A stretch of DNA of 64,000 bases from Dehalococcoidia bacterium (GTDB lineage: Bacteria > Chloroflexota > Dehalococcoidia > Plut-88900). Positions 38,530-48,966 of the stretch are shown here, piece by piece. The translations under genes were made by a program, and so were the position numbers. Location of the stretch: positions 2,720,001-2,784,000 of the forward strand of contig OZ240215.1 in NCBI GenBank assembly GCA_965197585.1. Reading direction: 5' to 3'. The notes under the pieces were generated by a model. It was not told the origin of the DNA. It saw only the letters and a program-made list of their open reading frames with translations, and ran no database searches. The stretch's first letter is position 1; each line of letters begins with the position of its first letter.

Positions 38530-39287
38530 TGAGAATTGTACCCTCCGTCTATTAGAAAGCTGGCTCCGGCCACGTATTCAGCGTCGTCGGAGGCTAGGTA
38601 AAGGGCGAGCTTGGCGACGTCCTTGGGCACGCCCATGCGGCCCACGGGAATGCCGTCCGCGTACTTGGCAGCGATGGCCGGGGAGCGGGACACGCGTCGG
38701 GAGCCGGGGGTGTCGATCACACCTGGGACGATGCAGTTGACGCGAATCCCACGCTCGCAATACTGGCTGCTAGCCGTCTTGGTCAGCTGGACTATGCCAG
38801 CCTTGGCCACCGAGTAGGGCAAAGAGAAGGTGCTCCCCCGGAGCACGACTGCCGATGAGATGTTGATGATGGCCCCACCGCCGCCTTTCAGCATGGCGGG
38901 TATGGCGTACTTGCAACCAAGGAAGGGTCCTTTCAGGAACAACCCCAGCCCCGAGTCCCACTCTTCTTCCGTAACGTCGGCGACGGGGCCGGTCTCGGTT
39001 TGGTATGCAGCGCCGTTCACCAGGATGTCGAGGCTGTCGTGCCGAGCCAGGGTGTCGTCCATGAGGGTCTTCACCTGTGCTGAGTCGGTGACATCAACGC
39101 AGTGGAACTCGGAGCTTCCTCCCATCTCCTTAGCCTCGGTCACCGCTTGCTCCCCGCCTGTTTCGTCCAGGTCGGCGATTATGGTGAACGCGCCCTCTTC
39201 GGCAAAGAGGAGAGCCGTGGCTCGGCTAATGCCGGAGGCAGCGCCGGTGACAATGGCCACCTTTCCGGAGAGCTTACCGTTCATCAT
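38526..39287 (-). CDS. SDR family oxidoreductase
   Basis: TGAASGIS, YSVAK, IRVNCIVPG. Confidence 0.93.
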   Translation of the reverse strand: MMNGKLSGKVAIVTGAASGISRATALLFAEEGAFTIIADLDETGGEQAVTEAKEMGGSSEFHCVDVTDSAQVKTLMDDTLARHDSLDILVNGAAYQTETGPVADVTEEEWDSGLGLFLKGPFLGCKYAIPAMLKGGGGAIINISSAVVLRGSTFSLPYSVAKAGIVQLTKTASSQYCERGIRVNCIVPGVIDTPGSRRVSRSPAIAAKYADGIPVGRMGVPKDVAKLALYLASDDAEYVAGASFLIDGGYNSQ

Positions 39288-40526
39288 CTATCGCAGGTAC
39301 CCGAGGGCAGCCAAGGCGTAAATCTTCGCCGAGCTGATAAGGTCTTCCACGGGGACCCGTTCATTGGGGCCGTGGGCCATGCTGAGGAGGCCCGGGCCGA
39401 AGGCCGAGATGGTCGGGGTTCGGGCTATGGTCTGGAAGTAGGGTGCGTCCGTGCCACCGGTGAACCCCCCTATCTGTGGCTTGAACCCGAGCACCCGGTC
39501 TGTGGCATCGAGTATCGAGTCAACCAGTGGGTGATTCGCTGGTATTTCCGCCCCGTCGATCCAGCCCTGGCCGTCTGCGAGGACCATCTCGACGTCGAGG
39601 TCTGGGTCTTCCTTGCGGAGCTTGTCCAGGAAGCTGTTGAGGTCTTCCATCACCGTGTCGCGGGTCATGCCGGGTAGGAGCCGGATGTCGTTCTTCGCCT
39701 CCATGTAGCCGGGGATGATGCAGTAGTTGACGCCCCCGCTCATAGTCTCGGCGAGGTTTATAGTGATTCCTTGGGGGTAGAGGGGGTGGGGTTCGTGTCG
39801 GATGACGAGCTCTTCCGACATCCGGTAGAGCACCTTTGCCAGTTTGACCCCCGCGTTCACGCCGTTCCTGATGTCCGACTGGCTGCTGTGCATCTGGGTG
39901 CCCTTCACCATCAGCGTGAAGCAGATCGCGCCCCGGCAGGCGGTGGCCAGGAAGTCGAGGCCCGACTCCATTCCAGACGGCTCACCGATGAGGCAGGCGT
40001 CGGCTTCCGCCAAGCCCTCACTGGCCATGTACTCTGCGCCGTAGTGACCGCCGTTCTCCTCGTCGGCGGTGAAGGCAAGGACGAGTTCTCCGTTGAACGG
40101 AGCCCCCGTCTCCTTAATGGCGATGGCTCCATACAGCATGGCGGCTATGGGGCCCTTCATGTCCGCCGCGCCTCGGCCGTAGAGTTCACCGTCGATGATC
40201 TCCGCGCCGTAGGGGTCGGCGCACCAATGGGAGCGCTCATCCTCTCCGACCGGTACGACGTCGGTGTGGCCGTTATAGATGAGCCTCTTGCCGGGCCCCT
40301 CTCCCTTTAGGGTGGTGATGACGCTGGGCCGCTCCGGGTCGGAGGCAATGGTTATCGTGTCTCCCAGCGAATAGCGGTCTATGACCTCTCTCAGCGCCTC
40401 GGTCACTTCCCTTTCGCCGCCCGGCGGATTCTCCGATGGTCTCCGCAGGAGGGTCTGGGCCAGCCCGACTAGCTCGTCACGCCTGGCGTCGATGGCATCC
40501 AGAATCCGGGACTCGTTCATCGTCAT
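39288..40526 (-). CDS. ArgE/DapE family deacylase (M20)
   Basis: NGHTDVV, GRGAADMKG, ADEE, GEP, AHGPNE: full ligand set. Confidence 0.92.
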   Translation of the reverse strand: MTMNESRILDAIDARRDELVGLAQTLLRRPSENPPGGEREVTEALREVIDRYSLGDTITIASDPERPSVITTLKGEGPGKRLIYNGHTDVVPVGEDERSHWCADPYGAEIIDGELYGRGAADMKGPIAAMLYGAIAIKETGAPFNGELVLAFTADEENGGHYGAEYMASEGLAEADACLIGEPSGMESGLDFLATACRGAICFTLMVKGTQMHSSQSDIRNGVNAGVKLAKVLYRMSEELVIRHEPHPLYPQGITINLAETMSGGVNYCIIPGYMEAKNDIRLLPGMTRDTVMEDLNSFLDKLRKEDPDLDVEMVLADGQGWIDGAEIPANHPLVDSILDATDRVLGFKPQIGGFTGGTDAPYFQTIARTPTISAFGPGLLSMAHGPNERVPVEDLISSAKIYALAALGYLR

Positions 40527-40837
40527 CCCTCCTTGAAAAGCTAAGTAAAGACGGGGCTTGGGGGAGAGTATATATCAGGCGGTAAATCTTATGATTGTCT
40601 CTGAATGTTTCTGATTGCTTCCGTGACTGTTTGATTGATCCGGGGAGAATTTTCCCGCGCTCCTCGGGGGGATGAGCGTCGAGAAAAGGCGAGAATGCGG
40701 TAAAAGCCATGAGACATTATAGGGAGGTGGGGTGGGGGTGGGGCAAGGGGGTTCATGTCACTCGCCTCGGCGAGTCTTCGACTCTCCTCAGCGAGCCTAC
40801 GGCCCCATCCCCTTTCACGCGGGAGGGGACACCCCCC

Positions 40838-42493
40838 GAGCCTGTCTCAAAAGGGAGTGGAGGTTTATGCATCAGGGTAAACTTGGAGGGGAGAAGCTCT
40901 GAGTGGAGGTTATGGAGATGCCACTGAGACCGATGGGACGAGAGCAGGTGTGGATGCTGCCACCGACCCTGGATGAGATGGTGCCGGAAGATCATCCTGT
41001 GCGGTTCGTGGCGGAGTTCGTCGATGCATTGGATCGGGAGGACTGGGCAGAGATGGGAGTAGACATTGACGGAAGCTGGACGGGAGCGCCGGCGTACCAT
41101 CCCAGGGCATTGTTGGGGGTGTGGCTGTACGGATTCATGACGGGGGTAAGGTCGAGCCGCAAGCTGGAGGGGGCCTGCCGTGACCAGGTGCCGTATCTAT
41201 GGTTGACGGGATGGCAGCGCCCAGATCACAACACGCTGTGGAGGTTTTACAAGAGCAATCGCCAGTCGATGCGTAAACTGCTGAAGCGCACAGTGCAAAC
41301 GGCGGTGAGGATGGACCTTATCGACCTGACGCTGCAGGCAGTGGACGGCACGAAGGTGGGTGCGAATGCGACAGGAGACAGGACCCTGGATGGAGAAGGA
41401 TTGGAGCGGCTGCTGAGGCGTGTGGACCAGTCGCTGAAGGAACTGGAGGCTGAGAACGAGACGGGTGAGGGTGCCGCACCCGCCCATCTGCCTGATGAGT
41501 TGACCGAGAAGACGGCGCTGAGAGAGAAGGTGCGCCGAGCTATGGACGAACTCTCGGAGCGTAGGGAACTTAGACAGATAAACCTCACGGATAAAGACGC
41601 ACGTCTGATGAGGACTCGCCGGGGGATAGCGCCCTGCTACAACGCACAGGCGATGGTATCGCCGACGAAGACCGACACAGGCGGGAAGGGCATGTTGATT
41701 ACTGCAGTAGAGGTAGCCGATGATCCCGACGACCATTCCCAACTCGTTCCAATGCTTCAGAGGGCGGAGGAGACCACCGGCCTCAGGTCTGAGACGACGC
41801 TGGCCGATGCGGGCTATCACTCAGGGAGCAATCTGCAGCAGTGTGGGCGCAGAGAGCAGAAAGTTGTGATGCCGGAGGCACAGGACCGGGCACTGGGCCG
41901 CCCCTATCACAAGGACCGGTTCGCCTACGATGAGGATACCGACAGCTACATCTGTCCACAGGGACAACGGCTACGCTTCACCAGAATCAAGCGCACCCGG
42001 GGGATACCGATGCGGCTCTACCGGGCCTCGGGGGCCATCTGCCGAGGGTGTCCGGTCTTCGGGGTGTGTACGAGGGACGGCCGACATGGGCGAGGGCTTG
42101 AGATAGGGCCCCACGACACAGCCTTGCGCCGTCATCGGTCCTGGATGGGCAGTGATGAAGCCAGAGAGTTGTACCGTCGCAGGAAGGGTCTGGTAGAGCC
42201 GGTGTTCGGGATCATCAAAGAGCAGCAGGCGGCGCGTAGGTTCCTGCTGCGGGGCCTCAACAACGTGGCCGCCGAGTGGGGCCTGTTGGCGTCGGCCTTC
42301 AATCTGCGTACCCTGTGGCGGGTATGGCATGGCCGGACAACCCGCATATGGCGTCGCAATCTCATCCCATCTTTGGTACACAACTCCATCATCGGCCACC
42401 CGGCATGAGCCGTCGTGACCGATCATTGCACATATAACACCCCATCTAGCCCTTCACTCTTGCCACACCCCACCCCACTTGTGAGACAGGCTC
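40838..42493 (+). mobile_element. IS1182-family element, copy 1 (1656 bp)
   Basis: IRs GAGCCTGTCTCAaAAG / CTTgTGAGACAGGCTC; flanking CCCC on both sides (4-bp TSD, in a C-run). Confidence 0.92.
40903..42408 (+). CDS. IS1182-family transposase
   Basis: SSRKLE, PDHNTLWRF, AVDGTKV, TDKDAR, ADAGY, CPQG, VEPVFGIIK. Confidence 0.95.
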   Translation: MEVMEMPLRPMGREQVWMLPPTLDEMVPEDHPVRFVAEFVDALDREDWAEMGVDIDGSWTGAPAYHPRALLGVWLYGFMTGVRSSRKLEGACRDQVPYLWLTGWQRPDHNTLWRFYKSNRQSMRKLLKRTVQTAVRMDLIDLTLQAVDGTKVGANATGDRTLDGEGLERLLRRVDQSLKELEAENETGEGAAPAHLPDELTEKTALREKVRRAMDELSERRELRQINLTDKDARLMRTRRGIAPCYNAQAMVSPTKTDTGGKGMLITAVEVADDPDDHSQLVPMLQRAEETTGLRSETTLADAGYHSGSNLQQCGRREQKVVMPEAQDRALGRPYHKDRFAYDEDTDSYICPQGQRLRFTRIKRTRGIPMRLYRASGAICRGCPVFGVCTRDGRHGRGLEIGPHDTALRRHRSWMGSDEARELYRRRKGLVEPVFGIIKEQQAARRFLLRGLNNVAAEWGLLASAFNLRTLWRVWHGRTTRIWRRNLIPSLVHNSIIGHPA

Positions 42494-42498
42494 CCCCA

Positions 42499-42614
42499 CT
42501 CGACCCTTCGAGTGCGCTCCCACCTCGGCGGATCCACCACAGGCGGATGTTCCATCTTCGACAGGGTGAGCGGCCCAGCCCAGGGATGGATTCCGGCTCG
42601 GGGGTGGGAATTAC
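42499..42614. repeat. REP-like mosaic between IS1182 copy 1 and IS5
   Basis: CTCGACCCTTCGA...GGGTGAGCGGCCC and GGATTCC...GGAAT. Confidence 0.65.
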
Positions 42615-42665
42615 GGGGTGACGGTGGGATGAGGAGGCCGTACTTCGTGAGCGCGCAAGTCCTAG

Positions 42666-43860
42666 GAAACCTCTGAACAAGTATAGGGGCATAGGTAATA
42701 GTAAGATAAGGAGAGTAAGGCCAAAGCTGAGGTGAGATTTGATGAAGCAGCCGACATTTGCAGACTTGGAATACGAGGGCAAGAAGCGAAAGACCCGCCG
42801 GGAGATATTTCTGGAGCGGATGGAGGACCTGGTTCCATGGGGAAAGTTAGAGGAGCGAATCCGGCCCTACTATTGCAGGGCAGGCCGTGGACGGAGGCCC
42901 TACGAGTTGTCGGTGATGCTGCGGATACACTGCGTGCAGCTGTTCTACAACCTGAGCGATCCGGGCATGGAGGACATGCTCTACGAGGTGGAGTCGGTGA
43001 GGCGGTTCACAGGTCTGAGGCTGTCCGGCCCCTTGCCTGACGAGACTACGATACTGAACTTCCGCCATCTGCTGGAAGAGCAGGAGTTGGGTCGGGGGCT
43101 GTTCGAGGAGATCAACCGTCATCTGGAGTCTCGGGGACTGAGGCTCAGGGAGGGTACGATTGTGGATGCGAGCATCATCGAGGCGCCGGCGTCTACGAAG
43201 AACCGTGCTGGAGAGCGAGACCCCGATATGCACCAGGTGAAGAAGGGGAAGGAGTGGCACTTCGGGATGAAAGTGCACATTGGTGCAGACGCTGACACGG
43301 GGGTGGTGCACAGTATGAGTACGACAGCTGCGAACGTGCATGACGTGACGGAGGCGCACCGGCTGCTGCATGGAGGGGAGAGGCGAGTGTGGGGAGATGC
43401 GGGATATCAGGGAGTGGAGAAGCGGGCGGAGAATCGGGATATGGATGTGGAGTGGCGGGTGGCGATGAGACCTGGACGGCGTCGGAAACTGAGGGCGGGG
43501 AGCTGCGAGGCCTTGGCGGAGAAGAGCAAATCATCCATCAGGGCTAAGGTGGAGCATCCGTTCCTGTACGTGAAACGGCACTTCGGCTACGCCAAGGTCC
43601 GCTACAGGGGCCTGTACAAGAACACGCAACGGGTGGCGATGCTGCTGGGGCTGGCCAACTTGGTAAGGGCCGAGCGCCACTTAGCGGTGTGACGGAGGAG
43701 CAGTGTGGTCAAATCCGGGTTGATGGTGACTGGATGCCCTGACAGGCCAGAACATAGGATGCAAATAAGCCACCGGGACGCAACATTACGACCCAACCTC
43801 TCCCCAAAACTCCATGCAAGACAACCTAAGCTGGTTTACAGTGAGTTGTTCAGAGCTTCC
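42666..43860 (+). mobile_element. IS5-family element (1195 bp)
   Basis: 15-bp IRs GAAACCTCTGAACAA / TTGTTCAGAGCTTCC (13/15); CTAG TSD at 42662-65 and 43861-64. Confidence 0.9.
42742..43692 (+). CDS. IS5-family transposase
   Basis: KKRKTRREIFL, PDETTILNFRHLLE, TIVDAS, WHFGMKVHIG, GDAGY, RAKVEHPF. Confidence 0.95.
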   Translation: MKQPTFADLEYEGKKRKTRREIFLERMEDLVPWGKLEERIRPYYCRAGRGRRPYELSVMLRIHCVQLFYNLSDPGMEDMLYEVESVRRFTGLRLSGPLPDETTILNFRHLLEEQELGRGLFEEINRHLESRGLRLREGTIVDASIIEAPASTKNRAGERDPDMHQVKKGKEWHFGMKVHIGADADTGVVHSMSTTAANVHDVTEAHRLLHGGERRVWGDAGYQGVEKRAENRDMDVEWRVAMRPGRRRKLRAGSCEALAEKSKSSIRAKVEHPFLYVKRHFGYAKVRYRGLYKNTQRVAMLLGLANLVRAERHLAV

Positions 43861-43943
43861 CTAGATTCCTCGCGGGGCCGCGGAATGACACGGGGGGGAG
43901 GGGACGGGGGTGGGGACGGGGGCTGATGTGAGAAAATGGATAT

Positions 43944-44561
43944 GTGAATGGGATGGACATAGACGTACCCCGGCCGACACCGGAGGACGGAAGGAACTTC
44001 TTACGGGCGCGATGGAAGATCATCGTGCCACTGCTTCTGGTGTTCGGCGGGCTGGTGGCGGTCTTGGTGTGGGGGGCGTTGGACAAGGACTCGGCCACGG
44101 GGGGGAGCGGGGCGACGAGGCCGGGGAAGGAGGCGCCAGCGTTCTCGCTGGAGTCATTCTCGGGGGGAGCGGTGTCGCTGGCCGATTTCAAAGGGCAACC
44201 TGTGATCATCAACTTCTGGGCGTCGTGGTGCGCGCCGTGCCGACAGGAAATGCCGGCACTGGAGACGACCTGGCAGCTCTTCCGAGAGCGGGATTTGGCC
44301 GTGGTGGGTATCAACCTGCCTAAGAGTGACCCCGAGGAGAGCGCCCGAGCATTTCTCGACGAGTTCGGCATAAGTTATCCAAACGTCTTCGACACTAGAG
44401 GTTTTACGGCTATCGACTACGGGGTGTCGGGGATACCGGTTACATTCTTCGTGGACAGGGAGGGTGTCGTGACCCGGAGGTTCGTGGGGACGCTTACTGA
44501 TGGGTCGTTGATGGTGTGGGCGGAAGAGTTGGTGGGGGGTGGGGAACCCTCACCCCCTTAG
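43944..44561 (+). CDS. TlpA/ResA/CcmG-type thiol-disulfide oxidoreductase
   Basis: N-terminal TM, NFWASWCAPCRQEMP, GIPVTFFVD. Confidence 0.92.
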   Translation: MNGMDIDVPRPTPEDGRNFLRARWKIIVPLLLVFGGLVAVLVWGALDKDSATGGSGATRPGKEAPAFSLESFSGGAVSLADFKGQPVIINFWASWCAPCRQEMPALETTWQLFRERDLAVVGINLPKSDPEESARAFLDEFGISYPNVFDTRGFTAIDYGVSGIPVTFFVDREGVVTRRFVGTLTDGSLMVWAEELVGGGEPSPP

Positions 44562-44562
44562 T

Positions 44563-44760
44563 CCCCCTCTCCCGCCAAAGGCGGATCTTCGACACATTAG
44601 GGCCTTCAAGGGAGAGGGGGAGAAATGAATAGGGGCACCCATACGCGCAAAGCGCATATGGGTGCCCCTAATTCGATACCTGGGAACCACACCCAGAATC
44701 CACTTGACCCTTCGACTGTGCTCAGGGTATGTGGCCCCGCCTCCCCAGGGCAACCACGAG
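44563..44760. repeat. REP-like mosaic (CCCTCTCCC...GGGAGAGG, TAGGGGCA...TGCCCCTA hairpin, CCCTTCGA unit)
   Basis: TTAGGGCCTTCAAGGGAGAGG...ATGAATAGGGGCA shared with 55105-55193. Confidence 0.75.
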
Positions 44761-46416
44761 GAGCCTGTCTCAAAAGGGAGTGGGGGTTTATGCATCAGGG
44801 TAAACTTGGAGGTGACAAGCTCTGAGTGGAGGTTATGGAGATGCCACTGAGACCGATGGGACGAGAGCAGGTGTGGATGCTGCCACCGACCCTGGATGAG
44901 ATGGTGCCGGAAGATCATCCTGTGCGGTTCGTGGCGGAGTTCGTCGATGCACTGGGACGGGAGGACTGGGCAGAGATGGGAGTAGACATTGACGGAAGCT
45001 GGACGGGAGTGCCGGCGTACCATCCCAGGGCATTGTTGGGGGTGTGGCTGTACGGATTCATGACGGGGGTAAGGTCGAGCCGCAAGCTGGAGGGGGCCTG
45101 CCGTGACCAGGTGCCGTACCTATGGTTGACGGGATGGCAGCGCCCAGATCACAACACGCTGTGGAGGTTTTACAAGAGCAATCGCCAGTCGATGCGTAAA
45201 CTGCTGAAGCGCACAGTGCAAACGGCGCTCAGGATGGACCTTATCGACCTGACGCTGCAGGCAGTGGACGGCACGAAGGTGGGTGCGAATGCCAGCGGAG
45301 ACAGGACCCTGGATGGAGAAGGATTGGAGCGGCTGCTGAGGCGTGTGGACCAGTCGCTGAAGGAACTGGAGGCTGAGAACGAGACGGGTGAGGGTGCCGC
45401 ACCCGCCCATCTGCCTGATGAGTTGACCGAGAAGACGGCGCTGAGAGAGAAGGTGCGCCGAGCTATGGACGAACTCTCGGAGCGTAGGGAACTTAGACAG
45501 ATAAACCTCACGGATAAAGACGCACGTCTGATGAGGACTCGCCGGGGGATAGCGCCCTGCTACAACGCACAGGCGATGGTATCGCCGACGAAGACCGACA
45601 CAGGCGGGAAGGGCATGTTGATTACTGCAGTAGAGGTAGCCGATGATCCCGACGACCATTCCCAACTCGTCCCAATGCTTCAGAGGGCGGAGGAGACCAC
45701 CGGCCTCAGGTCTGAGACGACGCTGGCCGATGCGGGCTATCACTCAGGGAGCAATCTGCAGCAGTGTGGGCGCAGAGAGCAGAAAGTTGTGATGCCGGAG
45801 GCACAGGACCGGGCACTGGGCCGCCCCTATCACAAGGACCGATTCGCCTACGATGAGGATACCGACAGCTACATCTGTCCACAGGGACAACGGCTACGCT
45901 TCACCAGAATCAAGCGCACCCGGGGGATACCGATGCGGCTCTACCGGGCCTCGGGGGCCATCTGCCGAGGGTGTCCGGTCTTCGGGGTGTGTACGAGGGA
46001 CGGCCGACATGGGCGAGGGCTTGAGATAGGGCCCCACGACACAGCCTTGCGTCGTCATCGGTCCTGGATGGGCAGCGATGAAGCCAGAGAGTTGTACCGT
46101 CGCAGGAAGGGGCTGGTAGAGCCGGTGTTCGGGATCATCAAAGAGCAGCAGGCGGCGCGTAGGTTCCTGCTGCGGGGTCTCAACAACGTGGCCGCCGAGT
46201 GGGGCCTGTTGGCCTCGGCCTTCAATCTGCGCACCCTGTGGCGGGTATGGCATGGCCGGACAACCCGCATATGGGGCCGCAATCTCATCCCATCTTTGGT
46301 ACACAACTCCATCATCGGCCACCCGGCATGAGCCGTCGTGACCGATCATTGCACATATAACACCCCATCTAGCCCTTCACTCTTGCCACACCCCACCCCA
46401 CTTGTGAGACAGGCTC
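44761..46416 (+). mobile_element. IS1182-family element, copy 2 (1656 bp)
   Basis: Same IRs; CGAG TSD at 44757-60 and 46417-20; near-identical to copy 1. Confidence 0.93.
44826..46331 (+). CDS. IS1182-family transposase
   Basis: 501 aa, only a few substitutions versus copy 1. Confidence 0.95.
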   Translation: MEVMEMPLRPMGREQVWMLPPTLDEMVPEDHPVRFVAEFVDALGREDWAEMGVDIDGSWTGVPAYHPRALLGVWLYGFMTGVRSSRKLEGACRDQVPYLWLTGWQRPDHNTLWRFYKSNRQSMRKLLKRTVQTALRMDLIDLTLQAVDGTKVGANASGDRTLDGEGLERLLRRVDQSLKELEAENETGEGAAPAHLPDELTEKTALREKVRRAMDELSERRELRQINLTDKDARLMRTRRGIAPCYNAQAMVSPTKTDTGGKGMLITAVEVADDPDDHSQLVPMLQRAEETTGLRSETTLADAGYHSGSNLQQCGRREQKVVMPEAQDRALGRPYHKDRFAYDEDTDSYICPQGQRLRFTRIKRTRGIPMRLYRASGAICRGCPVFGVCTRDGRHGRGLEIGPHDTALRRHRSWMGSDEARELYRRRKGLVEPVFGIIKEQQAARRFLLRGLNNVAAEWGLLASAFNLRTLWRVWHGRTTRIWGRNLIPSLVHNSIIGHPA

Positions 46417-46546
46417 CGAGGGTTTGCCCCTACGGGGATAAGAAGGAGGGCGACCAGCCGATCGCCCCTACGGGGGATAGAGGTGAGTTTGAACAGGGGG
46501 TCGGGGGAGATATAGAATAGGGCTAGTCTTGGAGGAGGCCTTTGCT

Positions 46547-47494
46547 TTGACGGAACCCTTAGATATAGCGCGTAGAATCCAAGAAAACGTTGAGAAGGTC
46601 ATAGTCGGTAAGACGGAGGCTGTCCGCCTGGCGCTGATCTCTCTGATGTGCAACGGGCATATTTTGATCGACGACGTGCCGGGGGTGGGGAAGACGATGC
46701 TGGCGAAGAGCATCGCAAAGAGCGTCGGGTGCAGTTTCAAGAGAATCCAGTTCACCCCCGACCTGCTCCCTTCCGACATCACGGGCGTCTCCATATACAA
46801 CCCGAAGACCGAGACGTTCCAGTTCATGCCCGGTCCCTTGCTGGCCCAGGTAGTGCTGGCCGACGAGATAAATCGGGCCACGCCGAAGGCTCAGTCGGCG
46901 CTGCTGGAGAGCATGGAGGAGATGCAGATCACCGTGGACGGCGTTTCCCACATCTTGCCCAGGCCGTTTCTGGTGATGGCCACCGAGAACCCGCTGGAAT
47001 ACGAAGGCACATTCCCGCTTCCACAGGGGCAGATGGACAGGTTCCTGATGCGGATCAGCCCAGGGTACCCGACCGCGGCACAGGAGCTTTCGATCATCGA
47101 CAATCAGAGGTTTATACACCCTATAGAGACGATCTCGGCGGTAAGCACCCCGGAAGAGATAATCACGCTGCAGGACGAGGTGCGCAAAGTCCACGTGGAC
47201 CTCAGTTTGAAGAGGTACATAGTTTCGATAGTGGACGCGACCCGGCACGACCGGGACGTTTACCTGGGGGTGTCGCCGCGGGGGTCACTGGGGTTGTTCC
47301 GGTCGTCTCAGGCGAAGGCATTCCTGGAGGGCCGGGACTACGTTCTGCCGGATGACATCAAAGAGCTGAGCAAGCCCGTGCTGGCGCACCGTCTCATCAC
47401 GAACCCCGGGGCCCGGTCCAGGGACATTACCGGGGCATCGTCGGTGGCGAAGATACTGGAGTCGGTGCCGGTACCGGGCGTAAAGGTCGGGTGA
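46547..47494 (+). CDS. moxR: MoxR-family AAA+ ATPase
   Basis: DVPGVGKT, RIQFTPDLLPSDITG, LADEINRATPK, ATENP; TTG start after GGAGGAGG. Confidence 0.93.
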   Translation: MTEPLDIARRIQENVEKVIVGKTEAVRLALISLMCNGHILIDDVPGVGKTMLAKSIAKSVGCSFKRIQFTPDLLPSDITGVSIYNPKTETFQFMPGPLLAQVVLADEINRATPKAQSALLESMEEMQITVDGVSHILPRPFLVMATENPLEYEGTFPLPQGQMDRFLMRISPGYPTAAQELSIIDNQRFIHPIETISAVSTPEEIITLQDEVRKVHVDLSLKRYIVSIVDATRHDRDVYLGVSPRGSLGLFRSSQAKAFLEGRDYVLPDDIKELSKPVLAHRLITNPGARSRDITGASSVAKILESVPVPGVKVG

Positions 47495-47540
47495 GGGGCG
47501 CCTTTCGGACGCCCGTCCAGGTCGTTCTCAAAGGTCTTCC

Positions 47541-48785
47541 GTGAAGTTCAAACGCAAACTGCCCGCCATGACCCGGTTGCGGGTCGTCATCATCCTGATC
47601 ACCATCATCACTGTGATGGCGGTGTCTACCAACTACGGCCTCTACTACAAGATGGCCTACATCCTGGCCTTGCTCCTGGTCCTAAGCTACGGTTGGACAT
47701 GGCTAAACGGGAAGTGGGTGACCATAACGGTAAAGAGGAACGTGGTCGCGGCACGGGCTGGGGAGTGGCTGGAGGAACAGCTGACGATAACCAACCGCTC
47801 GCGGGTAGTCCCCGTGGTCTGGATGGAGGTGGACGAGAAGAGCGACATGCCGGAACACGGTGGGGAGATGGTAATCAGTCTTCCCAGCGCGAGATTCGGG
47901 CAGTGGAGCCTCTGGACACACTGCACGCAGAGGGGTAAGTACCAGCTCGGGCCCCTGGCCGTAATCAGCAGCGACCCCCTGGGCCTGTTCCAGAAGAGCC
48001 GATGGTTCGGGAAGCCGCAACCGTTTACCGTTTATCCGTCCCTGGTCAGCCTGCCCAGTTTCGCACTGCCGTCCAGCGACCTGCCGGGCGACTCCACGTC
48101 CCGGCAGCATACGCAGGTGGTCACGCCAGCCGCGTCAGGCATCCGGGAATACATGCCCGGAGACAGCTACAGCCGGGTGCACTGGAGAAGCACGGCGCGA
48201 ACCGGGAAGCTGATGGTCAAGGAGTTCGAGCAGGAGGAGTCGGCGAAGGTGTGGATCGTGCTGGACATGGAGAAAAGGGTGCACCGGGGCTCGGGGCCGG
48301 AGAGCAGCGAGGAGTACGCGGTCACGGCGGCAGCCTCGATAGCCGACAAGTACCTACAGCGGGGACTGCCCGTGGGAATAACCGCGGTGGGCAACATCGA
48401 GCTGAACCTGGCCCCCAAGCCGGGAGTCAACCAGTTCGACCTGATAATGGACGGCCTGGCGGAGATCAAGGCCGAGGGGAAAGTGCCCCTTGCCGACGTG
48501 CTTAGAGACAGCGAAACCGTCTTCAATCGATACTGTACGCTGGTCATAGTGGCGCCAGGGCCGGAGGAGGAGTGGATGGGAACGGTGCAGCGGTTGTCAC
48601 AGAAGAGGATACAGTCGGCGGTGGTGGTGCTGGACATCGAGAGCTTCGGGAGTGGAGTAAACGGGACAGGGAAATTGGCGGGCGGTGGATCTCTGGCCGG
48701 GGGCCAGATCCCGACATGCGTATTGGCAAAGGGGGAAGACTTGAGCGAAGCGTTGGCGATGGACTACGTGGGAAAGGCGGTTTGA
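47541..48785 (+). CDS. DUF58 domain protein
   Basis: RGKYQLGP, SDPLGLF, IREYMPGD, VHWRSTAR, LMVKEFE. Confidence 0.92.
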   Translation: MKFKRKLPAMTRLRVVIILITIITVMAVSTNYGLYYKMAYILALLLVLSYGWTWLNGKWVTITVKRNVVAARAGEWLEEQLTITNRSRVVPVVWMEVDEKSDMPEHGGEMVISLPSARFGQWSLWTHCTQRGKYQLGPLAVISSDPLGLFQKSRWFGKPQPFTVYPSLVSLPSFALPSSDLPGDSTSRQHTQVVTPAASGIREYMPGDSYSRVHWRSTARTGKLMVKEFEQEESAKVWIVLDMEKRVHRGSGPESSEEYAVTAAASIADKYLQRGLPVGITAVGNIELNLAPKPGVNQFDLIMDGLAEIKAEGKVPLADVLRDSETVFNRYCTLVIVAPGPEEEWMGTVQRLSQKRIQSAVVVLDIESFGSGVNGTGKLAGGGSLAGGQIPTCVLAKGEDLSEALAMDYVGKAV

Positions 48786-48822
48786 GGGATTTGGTGAAGC
48801 GCATATGCTGTTTTCCCTCAAG

Positions 48823-48918
48823 GATCACCCTCACCCTAGCCCTCTCCCTCGATGGGAGAGGGACAGGACGCCCCACGCTCGACCCTTCGACCCTGCTCAG
48901 CGTGAGCGGCCCCTCACC
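48823..48918. repeat. REP-like mosaic
   Basis: CCCTCTCCC-TCGAT-GGGAGAGGG hairpin then CTCGACCCTTCGA...GTGAGCGGCCCCTCACC (matches 34098-34160). Confidence 0.75.
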
Positions 48919-48966
48919 GCCCACAATACAGGCATTGTGTCAGGCAAAAGAGAAGTGGTCTAGGGC

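Noticed and set aside
40527-40837. Riboswitch or ncRNA upstream of the ArgE gene
   Set aside because: Only short hairpins and degenerate REP pieces were seen; no recognisable RNA family. An Rfam scan would be decisive.
40838-46416. Composite transposon formed by two direct IS1182 copies around IS5 and tlpA
   Set aside because: Each copy has its own TSD (CCCC; CGAG) and the outer flanks differ, so they are independent insertions.
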